A DNA stretch of 64,000 nucleotides, taken from NCBI GenBank assembly GCA_951406725.2, contig OX597826.1, forward strand, positions 54,808,001 through 54,872,000, read 5' to 3'. Position 1 is the stretch's first letter; each line of letters opens with the position of its first letter. A program made the translations under genes and the position numbers. Shown one piece after another: positions 28,855 through 44,344 of the stretch. Source of the DNA: Octopus vulgaris (lineage: Eukaryota). The notes beneath the pieces are model-generated. The model worked only from the letters and a program-made list of their open reading frames with translations, did not search any database and was not told the origin of the DNA.

Positions 28855-29070
28855 TTCCTTTCTATTATAGGAACAAGGTCTGAAATTATGGAGAAGAGGA
28901 CTATTAATTACATTTTACCCTCTGCTTGACTGGTACTTATTTGATAAAACCTCTGAATAGAGCACATGCAAAGTTGAGATCGGCGAAATTTGAACTCGGT
29001 ACATAAAGACGGACGAAATGCTGCTAAGTTTACTTCCGGCACGCTAACGATTCTGCCAGCTCGTCACCTT
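28855..29070 (-). mobile_element. Family-B SINE (tail type 2), diverged
   Basis: Reverse-complement head AAGGTGACGAGCTGGCAGAATCG; tail TTTCAGACCTTGTTCCTATAATAGAAAGG. Confidence 0.8.
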
Positions 29071-29074
29071 AGTT

Positions 29075-30080
29075 CTTTTTATCTATATTAAAACTATATT
29101 TGGCTTCTAAATTCTCCCTTTTATTCTTCCAAAAGTTTTGTTTCCTTGTCCTCGTACATACTAAATTTCCCTTATTGTCCATTCAATTAGTTTCACTATA
29201 TATATTTTTAAAAATAATTCTTGTACTTACGAAACCTATATCCGTTTCTGAATCCTTCCAATATTTTCATTAGAGTTTTACTTCCTTATATTCGGAGAAA
29301 GTAACTTACAAAATAACAATACTTCATTGAATCTCTCTCAATTCTAAATAAATATACAATGGTCAATAAATATCTAACGATGGTAAAAAATATCCATATA
29401 CTTTTTTTAACAAATAATAGGTACGCGGCGGTCTTTAATAATAGACAACACTTGCTAATCTATAACAATTTTTCTCTTTGAAGTTCGACTATAACATATG
29501 TAGGTATTAATATTTATTTTTATATTAATCCATTCGTAAATCTAAGACGAAAATATAAGTATATATTACACATATATTTGCTTCTAATTTCCTTCATGTA
29601 TTCTCTGCTTCTAGTTTTACTTTCTTATAATCAAAGAAACTAACTTATTCATAAGATAATAATGATTCATTCAAATTAACACACTATATTTTTCAATATT
29701 CTAATACTAACATAAATCTACATAATTCTCCTTTTTGTTTCCCTAGTTTTCCTAAAGATAAAGAACAAACGTTAGTCGATATCAACTGTTCTCTTTAATA
29801 TACAATCAACCTTTTAATAGTCACATATATTTGACAACATCTCACGACCTATTATTTACAACGCTATGTCCCTTACACAAGTACCTTACAGGAACGGAAT
29901 GGTTTTATATTCTCTTCGAGGTGTTCTCTAATACTTTAAAAACCTGAAATTCTAACCAAGATATATTTCTTCAAAATACAGCAATAAATAATTCCATGGG
30001 TAACAATTGTATTGGTGTTCCGATTCTTCTTGGATTTACTGCTACCAAATATTCAGTTTCGACTACATTGGTCATAACAT
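29075..30080 (-). mobile_element. Possible highly decayed Penelope-like element ORF remnant
   Basis: Only weak motif resemblance (SVVY; C..R.K..F C-terminus); lies just upstream of the HHR at 28763 once the SINE is removed. Confidence 0.3.
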
Positions 30081-30958
30081 ACAGTCATGGCTATAAAAAA
30101 AACACAAGCAAAATAAAAATACAGGGATACTATAAACAATAAGGGCCATCCGAGATGAGCTTATTGATGCTTCAGATTACGTGGCAAGAAGATTGCTTCT
30201 CAACCACATGGTTTTCACTTCAGTTCCGGAGGAAACAGCTTGGATAAATGACTTCTGCTATTGGCCTTGGTTCTCCAAAGCCTCGTTGGAGGATTGGCAA
30301 ACAGAAACAGGAAATATATTTTATATATATATATATATATATGCATTTTTGCATATTTTTCTTCCTACTTTTCCCTTACATTTCCACATGTAGTTCCTAT
30401 TTTCTTTTTGTAACATATTTCTATTATGTATATATATATATATATATATATCAGTATCGATAAATACATGTATATACATGTGTATGTATGTATAAGCATA
30501 TCTTTATCATATATATACATATATGGATGTGGTAGAATTGTATTATAAAAAAATCTAGAGACCAGATTATATAGATTGCACTGTCTTCGATGACATACAC
30601 CCCACAACGAAAATACGAAAACGAAAATTTTTATTGATAGTATATAATTTAAAAATAAATTAATAATTACTTGAACTTCATCTCAATGGGACCATATAAA
30701 GAGAAGTTTAATTAAGTAACCCTGGCTCAATAGATGACGTGCAGGCTTGGGGTATGAAATGTTATTCAGGGTATAATTAAAACCAGCCGCAAAATATATT
30801 GCATAATTCTAGAATCGCATCATGTCTTGAATACGTAATGACTACGTTGGACATGCTGAAAATGGATAACCTCAGAAAGAAATGTTAAAAAAAAAACTAA
30901 TAAAATTTTCCACTTACATTTTAACAAATTAATTCTACCGTGTGTTTGTGCGCGCGAG

Positions 30959-30995
<37 letters not shown>

Positions 30996-31014
30996 TGTGT
31001 GTATATACATATCT

Positions 31015-31088
<74 letters not shown>

Positions 31089-31435
31089 ATAGACATATCT
31101 ATATATGTGTATAGGCGTACTTGTACGTGTGCGAACGAGTGTGTGCTTATAGCTTTATAGTTATACACATAAATACATCTACACGCAAAAGTACAGATAC
31201 ACACATATACAAACGTTTGTGTATGCGCATGTTCATGTATGTGTATGTGTGTATGTGCGTGTGTGTGTGTGTGTATATCTCTACATATATACATTCATAT
31301 ACACATATATACAAAGCTAAATTTATACATTTTCAAAGCGAGCAACAATTTTGTAACGACCTCCTGTGCTTTTATATATTCTCTCCCTCTCCCCTTCTCT
31401 CCTCTATGTGTATGTTAACATGTGAGCAAGTGTAG

Positions 31436-31509
<74 letters not shown>

Positions 31510-31855
31510 TATATCTACGCACATAAAATGTGTTGTATGTGTATATGTACACTACATATATACATATTGCGTATATCTTTATATACTGTGTTGCACTATA
31601 TCTGTATACAGTATGTTATATATAGACAAACTTCTCTGTATGTCTGTCTGCCTGTGTGTGTGTGTGTCTGTTTGTCTCTCTCTGTGTGTGTGTGTGTATA
31701 ATTTGTATATATTTATATACATGTATATATGTGTGTATATATATTTTATAAATATGTGTATGTATACATATATATATTTATTTATATATATGTATATATA
31801 TATTTTTAGATATATATATATTTATATATATATATATATATACATATATTTATAT

Positions 31856-31909
<54 letters not shown>

Positions 31910-32592
31910 TTGTACGTATTATTATATATATACCTATATATATGTATCAACCTATCCCTTCTTTCTATCATTTTATATGTATATATATATATATATATAT
32001 GTATTATACACACACATATACGTACAGAAATGCACACACACGCACACACACACGTGCGTATGTGTATATATGAATAGCAAAACACCTACACATCTGCGAG
32101 AGTCAGACAGAATACGGAAACCCTTTTTGGTTCACTCCACTCTCCCACCTTGTGAGGAGACAAAACTAATAGTGCAAGGGCAGCGGGCGAGGAAGGAAGG
32201 GATCCGCCGTATGAAGAATGTGAAGAACATTTAATGACATTAACAATAAACAATTTATCTAGAGAAATAGAAATAAAAATACACAAAAAAGGCACTATCA
32301 AACAAAATAACAAAACAAATAAGAAATGAATAAATTTATTGCGTTTGGCGGGAAATCTCATTAGTGAGGCGCTTAATTATCTGAAAAAGCTTTATCTTAA
32401 CATCATCTGTTATCTCATGCATTTTGCTGTAACATGGGTTGATATCACTGATATATCTGGTGCAAAAACAGAAGTTTCTGGGTAAATTCGTCGAATAATT
32501 GTGAGAAATTATGTTCATATACATACAAACAACAAACAGTTATACACATATATCCATAAACATAGATAAATATATATATATATGTATATATA

Positions 32593-32704
<112 letters not shown>

Positions 32705-32739
32705 TATATACACACACACACACACACACATATATATAA

Positions 32740-32789
<50 letters not shown>

Positions 32790-33270
32790 GTTTGGGTATG
32801 TGTCTGTAAGTGCGTGTGTGTATAATATTTTACCAAAATATATATGTATATGTATTTTTATGTTAATTTACAAACACATACACATACAGATAGATAAAAA
32901 AGATATGTACATACTTATATACATGCGTCTCTACACACATACGCACACACATAAAGACACATACAGAAGCACACGCACAAACACAGGCATACATATGAAT
33001 ATATTCGGTTAGAGATATGCTCTCATATCTATGACAACGCCCAACGGTTGTTATGTAATGAAAAACCGTGATGTGCTAATTTAACACCCGATATTTTCGT
33101 ATTTATACATATTCCCGCGCTTACAGCCATGAACATGCATACACACGCACACACGACTATTCACAAACTCTCCAAGAAACATACTCACTTAACACACACA
33201 CATATATATTTATATATATTTGTATTAATATATATATGTATGCGTGCGTGTGTGTATATATATATATGTG

Positions 33271-33322
<52 letters not shown>

Positions 33323-33334
33323 TAAGAAAGTGTG

Positions 33335-33637
33335 TAAAAAAGATTCTGATGAATATGGTACTTAAGTTGAGGCACCAGAATTTAATACGGTATTTTCCAT
33401 ACAATTTCAAAATAAGGTGAATAAAATCAAAATAAGCAACAAGGATATCCAAAGGTGATGCAGTACGATCACTTTATATGTATATGTATTTATATGTTAA
33501 TTTACAAACACACACATACACAGAGATAAAAAGAGATATGTACATAATTATATACATGTGCCTTTACACACATACGCACACATGCGCATGAAACGATCGG
33601 ACTGCATTACCTCTGGATATCCTTGTTGCTTATTTTG

Positions 33638-33640
<3 letters not shown>
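33335..33640. mobile_element. Penelope-like terminal-repeat family D, inverted arrangement
   Basis: 33335-33470 is the reverse-complement paralogue of 58850-58990 and 59783-59930; inverted arms 33425-33470 and 33595-33640 (43/46). Confidence 0.7.
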
Positions 33641-33700
<60 letters not shown>

Positions 33701-34107
33701 AGGGAAATAAGTTTAACTTTGTTACTTATAAATGTATGGTGATATCAAATTAATAAGTAAGACTTCTAATCTTTTTCTAGATCCAAAGCATTTGCCGAGG
33801 ACATGTTGGTTTGCTATTACTTATACTACTGTTCCACAGAAGTTTTGGCGAGTGAATAATGTGGCACTGCTTACAAATAGGTACATTTTTCAGGAATGGA
33901 AGTAGATGCAGGTATTTCTTGAATATATTTTGTACGATTAAGATTTAAGATTACTATGTTTTTTTAACAATTTGGGCTTTATTATCTGGGCCTTGATGGG
34001 GAGGGTGAAAACTCTAGACTATACACCGGGGATTATTTCTATAACTGGTATGGCCTAAACAAATTTCCATGCAATTCATTCAAAGATCTTTATGTATATT
34101 AAGTACA

Positions 34108-34341
34108 TATTTCTGTATTGCCCACAAGAGGATAAACATAGGGAGGACCAACTAAGACTGACAAATGAATTAAGTCGGTTACATCGACCCCTGTATGTAA
34201 CTGGTACTTATTTAATCGATCCCGGATGGATGAAATACAAAGTCAACTTTGGCAGAATTTGAACTCAGAACCTAACGGTAGACGAAATACAGCTAAGCAT
34301 TTCGCCTGGCGTGCAAATGATTTTACCAGCTCACTGCCTTA
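34108..34341 (-). mobile_element. Family-B SINE (tail type 1)
   Basis: Full-length diverged copy; imperfect flanking duplication ATATTAA(G/T)TACATA. Confidence 0.85.
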
Positions 34342-35417
34342 CATATTAATTACATATTAATTACTTGTAGGGACACTAGATATCGTTATGCACCCATAAT
34401 ATATTACAAAGTATATAACACCTTTTATAAATCAATATTCTGTCCTACTGTGTTAGCAGTGCTATTGAATTCCTTGTTAACTTTATATCTACAGATTTTC
34501 AATAGAAATTATCTGAAGCACTGATTCGTCTAATGTAAACAACAAGGCTATCGAAAATGGGAAAATGTGCATATGCCCCCATTATCTATTTCCCACCTTC
34601 GATCGCACTGTTGTTACCATTAGGAATATTCGAACACGAAACGTCGTAACCAATCGGAGCTCGCAATAATTTCTATAGAAAATCTGTGAAGATGACCTTA
34701 ACATGTGATATTACATCATGCCTTTCCTTACAGTACATATTTAACTCCAACAGTAGTTTCCAATAGTAATGTTGATAACTCGCATAATACAAATATATAT
34801 GGAGCAATTTACACGAGACATTATATTGTAATAAAACTTTAAAAATGTGAATGAACCGGATTATTGAATTTCCAGCATTGTATAATGTTCCCTATGAAGG
34901 TCATGGACACTGCCTTCCGTTCTGACTAAACGGTGAAGAACAACAAGAAACTTACAGAAACCGTTATAGGCATTTTTCGCTTATTTCTTGGAGTGCTAAA
35001 ATTTTCGTCACACATCTATGACCTGCTTACTGATACGGTTTCCATACAACTGTAGTGAAATTGCATCATGCGATGTTGGATCATTCCAGTTGCCGACCAT
35101 TTTCAATTACGAAAGTGGTGGGGGGAAACAACGAGAACAGGCCAAGAGACTGCAATAACATCAATATTATTACCACTTATAGACATTATCGCGAATTATT
35201 TATATAATTGCTAAATATAAACATTATTATCAATCATCAACATTTTTGCCAGTTATCAAAATTATTACCAACTATTAACTTTATTAACAATTATTAATAC
35301 TTTTGTTAGTTATATCTACACGATTATCAATTATCAACATTATTACGACTTATTACCATTATTTAGCATTTATTATCATCACCATTATTACCGAATGGGA
35401 ATCTTAATGTGGATGTA

Positions 35418-35619
35418 CCATAATTATTCGCCATATCGCGGTTTATTATTTAAGCTTACGTCGATTACTTTCTGGTGTAGTTTTGTATTTATAATAAAAT
35501 AAATATATCAAAATTATAAAAATAATAATAATAAAAAATACAGTACAGTACTGTTTCTACTTCGCGGATTTCCACCTGTTGCGTGGAACGTAACACCCGC
35601 GATAGTTGAGGGTTTACAG
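35418..35619. mobile_element. pogo/Tigger-like MITE, diverged
   Basis: TA on both sides; terminal TATCGCGG and CCGCGATA inverted cores; 3' end GGAACGTAACACCCGCGATAGTTGAGGGTTTACAG-TA resembles Tigger-derived MITEs. Confidence 0.55.
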
Positions 35620-35924
35620 TAGTATTATTAGCAAGCCGTATTACTGTGTTATTCGCCCTGAGAGACCCTCTCATAAACACAAAGTTCTAAGAGTATAGAC
35701 ATATAACTAACAGATCAGAATCGTTTAGCATAGGTGCTGGAAATCTCAGATCACCAGATTTCTGCGTATATGCGCTCTTTCAATTGCAAACGTTTGCAAG
35801 CCGTATGCCACACAAATCTCACTGCCAACGATAAATAGAATAACATTGACGGTTCAGTCGCTGATGTCACAGATACCCAACTGTCTCTTTGAAAGTGTCC
35901 ACAAGTTTTAAGCAGTCTTTCAAG

Positions 35925-36195
35925 TGCTTAGGACCCTCCTGATAATCCTTGCTGCTCCTAAGAGACAACATTTCTGTAGGTACTCTACTAGACATTCTAT
36001 TTCAATCTCCTTCAGCCATTTGTCTATATCTTGGTTTATTATTCCCAGCGCACGAATTATTACAGGTATGACCTTTACTGCTCGCATTCTCCAAATTCTG
36101 TATTTTCTTTGTTTTATTTTCCTCTTTCTTTACGATCCTTGAATCAAACAGGCATGATGGGTCGATAACTGAGCAACTTCGCTTTTTCCTTATCT
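35925..36195 (-). mobile_element. R4/Dong remnant with large internal deletion
   Basis: DKEKAKLLSYRPI (RT domain-1-like) joined to RIWRMRAVKVIPVIIRALG..LQKCCLLGAARIIRRVLST* (endonuclease C-terminus). Confidence 0.8.
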
Positions 36196-36230
36196 ACAAT
36201 TATTGTTGTTTTTGTTGTTGTTATTATTAA

Positions 36231-36315
<85 letters not shown>

Positions 36316-36333
36316 GTTGTTGTTGTTGTTGTT

Positions 36334-36425
<92 letters not shown>

Positions 36426-36438
36426 GATCGTTATTAGT

Positions 36439-36998
36439 ATTGAGTGAGAGAGCAGTGCATGCCATCAAAGTGACACTGGGGTAAAATATACAAGGCCCAG
36501 TGTACCCATCACGACAACCCGTCTGATATGGGTACACCAGGCACATGCGTCACAACCATATGCGCGTGACATGGTGTTCTCATATCTAAATAAACAGCAC
36601 AGGACCTTGCTGGTGGGGCCCAGTTAGAATTTTCTTCTGGTCGAGTAGCCCATCCAGCTCAAAAGGTCCCTGAATATTGATTGTTTAAGGATGTTGAACG
36701 AACCACCCATGTTTCCAAAGATGAATTATCCAAACCTCCAAGAATTCCTTTCAACACACGGCTATGATGCTCCCCCACTACTTTTGCTCGTGATCAGAGA
36801 TGCACTTATTGTCAGTCAATAAGGGACATGTTCAACAGGTTAAGGTCAAACAACTGACAAGCAAATCTGTGGTATTGAGCAGAATATTTGCTGTAGCCCA
36901 TCTTTTATACCAAGACAAAACGATGTACATGATAACACTTCCAATGAGTTAAGATCAGAATCCATGAGAGCAACTGTCTGGTACAGCATCAGGGCATT
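36439..36998. mobile_element. ~560-bp non-coding complex element embedded in (TTA)n; probable non-autonomous interspersed repeat
   Basis: Sharp-edged, higher-GC block with (TTA)n on both flanks; no ORF motif; class not determinable from this window. Confidence 0.5.
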
Positions 36999-37569
36999 TA
37001 TTATTATTATTATTATTAGGAAAGGTAGTGGCAACACCAACAGTAGTAGGAGTAGGAAGAGGAGGGAGAAAACGAAGAAGAAGAAGAAACGGTAGCAGTA
37101 AAATATGAACGTGCAAACCGTATCAGTAATAGTTTCGGGTGAAACTGATAATGGCAGCAATCTCGCTTTGTGGTGAATTCAGTGATTTCTGCTGTCCTTC
37201 AGGTGGTAGTGACAGTGGTGTTGGTAGTGATGGCGGTGGTGGTGGTGGTCTGCGGTTGATTGTGGAAGTAATAGGGGACAGAGAGAGAGAGAGAGATGAT
37301 TGAGCGAACAACACGAAGAGCAGAAAGAGATGAGAGGTGGATTAAAGGGAGAGAATCAGTTTGTGAGATGCAACGATTATGATCGTTGGCACTTTGAGCT
37401 GGCATCTACCTCTGTTAAATAACAGCAAGACCTTACTCCAAGACGTCCATGGAGACATGCCAATACATCAGAGAACAAAGAGCGGCGCCAGACGAAAGAG
37501 GTAAAAAAAAAATAATCAAAGAATTTCCGCAAGAATTTCAAACCCAACAATCACAGAACTACAACGATT

Positions 37570-38720
37570 ATGACGACGACGACGACGACGACAGCATCAT
37601 TATCACCAAAGCTGCCGCCGCTACAACTGTCATTACCACCACCGACACCACCACCACCACCACCACCACCACCACCACCACCATCACCACCGCCACCACC
37701 ACCACCCCAGCAGAACAACCAACACCGCCGCCGCCACCACCACCAGAACCACCACCACTACCACCACCGCCGCCGCCGCCGCCACCACCACCACCGCCGC
37801 CGCCACCACCACCACCACCACCACAACCACCACCGGTAACAACACCAGTGTCATTGCCATGACAACTCTCATTATTACCAAACCAACTCGATACCAGCGT
37901 CACCATCATCAACAACATCATGACGGAAAGCAGGAGGAACGTCACCATCATTTTGCTACCACCACACCAGACTACCATCATCACCGACACAATCATCTCT
38001 ACCACCATCACCGCTACCATCACCATCAACCCCCACCGTCACCACAACTACCACGACGACCACGGCAACGACCACGGCAACGACGACAACGACCAGCACC
38101 ACCACTACCACAATCACCATCACCACCACCACCACCACCACCACCACCACCACCACCAAAGACAATCGCCATGACCATCTCCACAATTACGATGATGACC
38201 ACAAAAATCTACACAACTACGACAATGACTTCTAACACAACCCTCACCATCAACGTTATCATCGGCGTCGTCGATATCATCATCATGATCATCATCATCT
38301 CCACGAAGACGACGACGAGTGCGAGTGCGGCGAAGAGGATGGTCGTGACGAAGGCGAGGATGATCTCGCCACCATAACCACAAGCACTATCACGATCATC
38401 ATCAACACTACAGCTGCATTACCGCCGACACCGAAACAGACACTTCACCCTTCTGCTGACACCTTCATCACTGAAGCCGCCACCAAAACCACCACCACCA
38501 CCAAGAACAACAACAACAACAACCGCAATACCATCAACATCACCAGAATGGCCAGTGATATCTCCACCACCAGCACCAGGACCAGGACCAGTAGCAGCAT
38601 CATCACCATTGCCCCCACAGCCACTGTCGCCACCAACACCACCATCACCATCACCACCAGCGCCACGGCCACCCCAACTACCGCCACCCCACCACCGCCA
38701 CCACTACCACACCAACACCA
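37570..38720. repeat. (CCA/CCG/CGA)n GC-rich triplet array
   Basis: Direct reading; accounts for the poly-P/T/H ORFs. Confidence 0.9.
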
Positions 38721-39552
38721 ACATTGACATACCCACCCAACAAAACGTTTGTCTAATATTTAATTGATGGTTGGCAGATTTGACTAGAAAGTAAATACAA
38801 AACAAAAAAATGTAAAATCAAAGAAACAAATGAAAATTAAAAATATATTAAAAATTAAAGCAACAAAAAATACGGTACATTATATGTTCCTTTAATTTTT
38901 ATTGTTTTTTGTTGCTTTCGTTAATATATGTTGTTTTATATTCTTGCTCATATTTATTTCATCATTTTTATCTAGGAAACAACATTCATAGATGTTGTTT
39001 ATTATTCTAATGTATTTTTTATTATTTAAAAAAGAAATATAGGAAAATGTTAAAAAAATTGGAAAAATGAGGAAAATAGAAAAAAACACCCATTATTTTC
39101 AAATTCCATCATTTATAATACAGTTGTAGAGCATTATTTGGTAACTATGACGTAAAGGTTAGACGAAAACTGCCTAGAATGTATGTATGTATGTATGTAT
39201 GTATGTATGTATGTATGTATGTATGTATGTATGTATGTATGTATGTATGTATGTATGTATGTATGTACGTATGTATGTATGTACAATGTACGTACGTATG
39301 TATGTATATGCATTTTAATCTATCTATGCCGCCCAAATGCAGGTGAGAGTATTAGGAATGTAAAAAATAAATACCTATCCATTTATATATATAGGTATAT
39401 ATGTATTTGTTTGTATATGCTCACGTATGTATATATGTATATATGTATATATGTATATAAGTATATGTATATATATACACCAAAATGTCGTGTATGTATA
39501 TATTTGCACATATACATATATATATATATATACAGGTTCATACAAATAAATA

Positions 39553-39590
<38 letters not shown>

Positions 39591-39708
39591 TATAAATATG
39601 CATATATATATATTCATATAAATATATATATATATATATTCATATAAATATATACAAGTATATATGTATATATATGTATATATATTTATATATATGTATA
39701 TATATGTA

Positions 39709-39746
<38 letters not shown>

Positions 39747-39853
39747 CATGCCTATATTATACGAAACGTATGTACATATTGTGCAAACATCAAACCAATA
39801 CATTAGCACAGATACACATACGTATACACACACACACGCATCCACACATATAT

Positions 39854-39906
<53 letters not shown>

Positions 39907-40271
39907 CATGTATATATATGTAGTGAGTGAGAGAGAGAGAGAGACCGACAGACAAAGAAAAGGTGACGGAGAGAGAGAGAGAGAAATGGAGAGAAAGAGA
40001 GATTGATAGATACATATATATATAGAGAGAGGGAGAGAGAGAGAAACTGAAAGGTATAGATAGACACATTTTGAAAGCAAAATGTGAACAAATACAGACT
40101 TTGGAGCAGCTGAGTGTGTTAGGAATGCTGTGGAAATTAATATATATTATTTCCAGGTATAACCTCTGCTCTGAACAAAAAAGTATATAGGTATGGATAC
40201 GTTAGAAGGCACGTTCAAACACAGATATCCACACAACACAAACACACTCGTACTTACAAACAACCACACAC

Positions 40272-40315
<44 letters not shown>

Positions 40316-41001
40316 GTAACCATACATAGACACACAGTAACACAGAAAGAGAGAGAGAGAGAGAGAGAGAGTGAGATAAACATAAAGTCGAATGATTAAC
40401 TGATACATTGATATATAGGTAATTAATATGCTTTTAAGTTTCAGCATTTTATATGTCGATATTTATTATTTTTATAGCATATATATGAATATATAATTAT
40501 CATCACATAAATTTCTCTGGAAATAACATAGAAATACTCGACTCACTCACGCGCACGCGCATACATACACATGCAGGAACATGTCTGCAAACTAATATGG
40601 GTAATTCAAATATACCTGTGTACGCATCTTTATGTATTTGTATATGAATGATTGTGAATATTGTACATATTTCGGTATGCTTATGAATATATATATATAT
40701 ATATGCACGAATAAGTTTAGTTTATTATATACACTGTTTTCTGTGTACCAGAGAGTCCGTAGATACTGTCTACCTGTGTAGATATATTGATCCGTGTACA
40801 TACGTATTATATATGTACGTATGTACGTATGTATGTATGTATGTATGTATGTATGTATGTATGTATGTATCTATGTATGTATGTATGTACGTATGTATGT
40901 ATGTATGCATGTATGTATGCATGTATGTATGCATGTATGTATGTATGTATATATGTATGTATGTATGTGTGTGTATGTATGTAAGTATGCATTTTTGCAT
41001 G

Positions 41002-41045
<44 letters not shown>

Positions 41046-41219
41046 GCCTGTCTCTATCTCTATCTCTCTCTATATATGTCTGTCTATCTATCTATCTATC
41101 TATCTATCGATGTATCTATATCTACACATGTGTTTGCCAGTACATATGTATATTTGCTTGGGTACGAGTGTGTGTGTGTATATGTGTATGTATATATATA
41201 TATGTGTTATATGTATGTC

Positions 41220-41259
<40 letters not shown>

Positions 41260-42191
41260 TCTATATTCATGTATGTATGTAGGTCTGTATCTATCTATAT
41301 ACAAATATGTGTGAGTCTGTGTGTTTCTATAACTTATATATATATATAACTAATGTATACACACACATATTTATGTATATGATTATTCTTTAATAAACAT
41401 ACATTCAGATATATATTCTCATTCACACAGAGACAGCAACGTAACCTCACACTCTCACACAGATACACCCGCACGTACGCATGCGTGTACACAAAGACAC
41501 ACACACACGTACTCACACACAAACACACACAAAGGCATAAACATTTATGGCCGGTGTCAGAAATATGCTTTGTGCTTGCAAGATGTTGCATATAATTCGC
41601 TTTCATAATTGTGTCGGATCTGACATTCCAGCGCCATAGAGAAATTCTTCATAATGCATTTAGAATAAAGACCTTCGGCACCAATAAACGGAAGCATGCT
41701 CTGCCAGAATATAATTACAGGTTCTTCAAAATAGTTGCGATTTAAATCCAAACTGTATGTTTTGTGGAACTGGGCGGTCATGAGGAAAATTATCTCCGAA
41801 ATTTCAAAGAGTTTCCCGTATGTATATTTTGTTGTATTAACAGAGCAGCTGGAAATATTACGTGTTCGTAAATGCGTGTGTACACAATGTTTCAGCATGT
41901 GTGTTCGCGCGTGCAGGTTATATATATATGTGTGTGTGTGTGTGTGCCTGTGTGTGTCTCTGTGTATATGTGTGTATATGCACATACATGTAATACATGT
42001 AATATATAAATTGCCCACATGTATAGATACGTGCATATATACAAATATTTACATGCATATATATGTATATATATATATGTGGGTGTGTACATATGTGTGT
42101 GAGAGTGTGTGTATGTATGTGTGTGTGTCTCTTACAAACATGTTAATACGTGTATCTACGTTTCTATACATAAATAGATATAAACACACAC

Positions 42192-42232
<41 letters not shown>

Positions 42233-42991
42233 ACATAAGTAAGGTGTTTACATTTATACATAAATCTCTATATATTCATTGAAATATATGTGTATTCATG
42301 GGTAAGAATATATATATATATTTCCACTCTTCTTTCTTTCGTTCCCCCTCTCTCACATTTCCTGGCTTTCTCTTCATTCTCACCTTCCCTCCTCTTTCAC
42401 TTCACTCTGTCTCTTTTCTTTTTTTCTCGTTCTTCCCTAATTCTTCTACCCCTCTGCTTCTACTTCTCTCTCTCCTCTCTCCAAGTGACCTGTGTTTGGC
42501 CAAGCCTGAACTTTGTTTCTTGGTTCAACTACCATCTGTGCAACATCTATATTCTTTCCTATGCTTGTCATCCTTTATGTACCTGCCGTAAGGCTTCACT
42601 TCCACACACGCCAGCTTAATTTAATTCATCCTTAGTCGAAAGACACCTGTTGTTAATGTCCTTTATTTGCATTTGTATTTGTGTACCATTTCTTCGTTTT
42701 ATTCCGTTATTGTTTTCGTACACATCCGCTGCTTTCTTCCAAGGAATCTAGTGCTCTTAGCTTAGTTTTTCCTTGAGAGTAGCCAGATTGGAGCAATCTT
42801 TAGTATAACCAGACGAAATCGCAAAGATAATCTGGAACTCGACTGAAGAAAGAAAACTCCGAATGACCCGTCCCTTTTTATTGTATCGTCTGTCTGGATG
42901 CGTTGTTGTCCCATTTTTGTATCATCTGTCTGGATGTTTTGCGTTCTCATCCCGTTTTTGGCATTGCTTTATATATATATGTATATAGTTA

Positions 42992-43093
<102 letters not shown>

Positions 43094-43095
43094 CC

Positions 43096-43133
<38 letters not shown>

Positions 43134-43135
43134 TT

Positions 43136-43173
<38 letters not shown>

Positions 43174-43175
43174 CC

Positions 43176-43228
<53 letters not shown>

Positions 43229-43780
43229 ATATGTATATATGCTTGTATGTATATATATATATATATGAAATTAGTTTTCTAGCAGGAATACAACGTATCA
43301 GTAAAAATGTGTTGGAATATTTAGTTTCTGGCTCATCTCACGGTGATATCAAACTCACCCGAACAACAACAACAAAAACAAACAAACATAAAAACCACGA
43401 GCCAAACACATTTGCTCTCATTCTGTCCTGTATCAGTAAATCAGATGTTGCTCACTGTTTCCTCAGGTTGTCTTTATGTCTTTATTTCTATTCACGTACA
43501 CAGCGTGTGTGTTTGCGTGTGTGTCTGTGTGTGTGTCTGCATATGTGGATGTATGAGTATTTTTGTATGTGTGTATGTGTTTGCGTGCATGGTAATATCC
43601 GTCGAGGAAATGTGTTCCGTTCATATATATATGCATGAACACTCGCACACACAAACACATGCTCGGTCCCACCACACACACATGCTTATGCAAACTTACA
43701 CGCATGTACTCTCATGTATATGTGTATAAGTATATGTGTGTGTGCGTGTGTATACATACATGCATACATATATCTATGTA

Positions 43781-44006
43781 TATTCTTATACTTGTTTCAG
43801 TCCTTTGATTGCGGCCATGCTGGAGCACCGCTATTATCTGAAGCAATTAACCCCAGGACTTATTCTATCAGTCTGTATTGGCGAACTGATAAATTACGGG
43901 ACGTTAACAATCCAACGTCGGTTGTCAAGTGATCGCGTGGGGACAAACACAGATACAAAGATTCACGCACATAAATATATTTACATACGAACATACATAC
44001 ATACAA

Positions 44007-44074
<68 letters not shown>

Positions 44075-44236
44075 GACAGGCTTCCTTCAGTTTCCATCTA
44101 CCTAATCCACCCACGAGGCTTTGGTCGGCCTGTGGCTATAGTAGACGACACTTACCCAAAGTGCCACGCAGTGGAACTGTACCCGGAACCATGGTTTGAG
44201 AAGCAAGCTTCTTACTACACATCCACGCCTACGCCT
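43781..44236 (-). mobile_element. Family-A SINE, diverged
   Basis: Aligns end to end with the 26431 copy; internal (TA)n. Confidence 0.88.
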
Positions 44237-44280
44237 ATATATGAAACTTTATATATATAAATATATATATATATAAGCTT

Positions 44281-44328
<48 letters not shown>

Positions 44329-44344
44329 GGTTATCATTCAGAAA

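Noticed and set aside
34610-34652. GTTAC...GAAACGTC GTAAC HHR-like 3' half
   Set aside because: CUGANGA core and stem II are absent
37449-37862. Pro/Thr-rich 137-aa ORF (formin- or extensin-like appearance)
   Set aside because: Explained by the (CCA)n array; no recognisable domain or splice support
42580-42875. CTGAAGA..CCGAAT motif in a probable interspersed repeat
   Set aside because: Cannot be folded into a hammerhead; element class not supportable from this window
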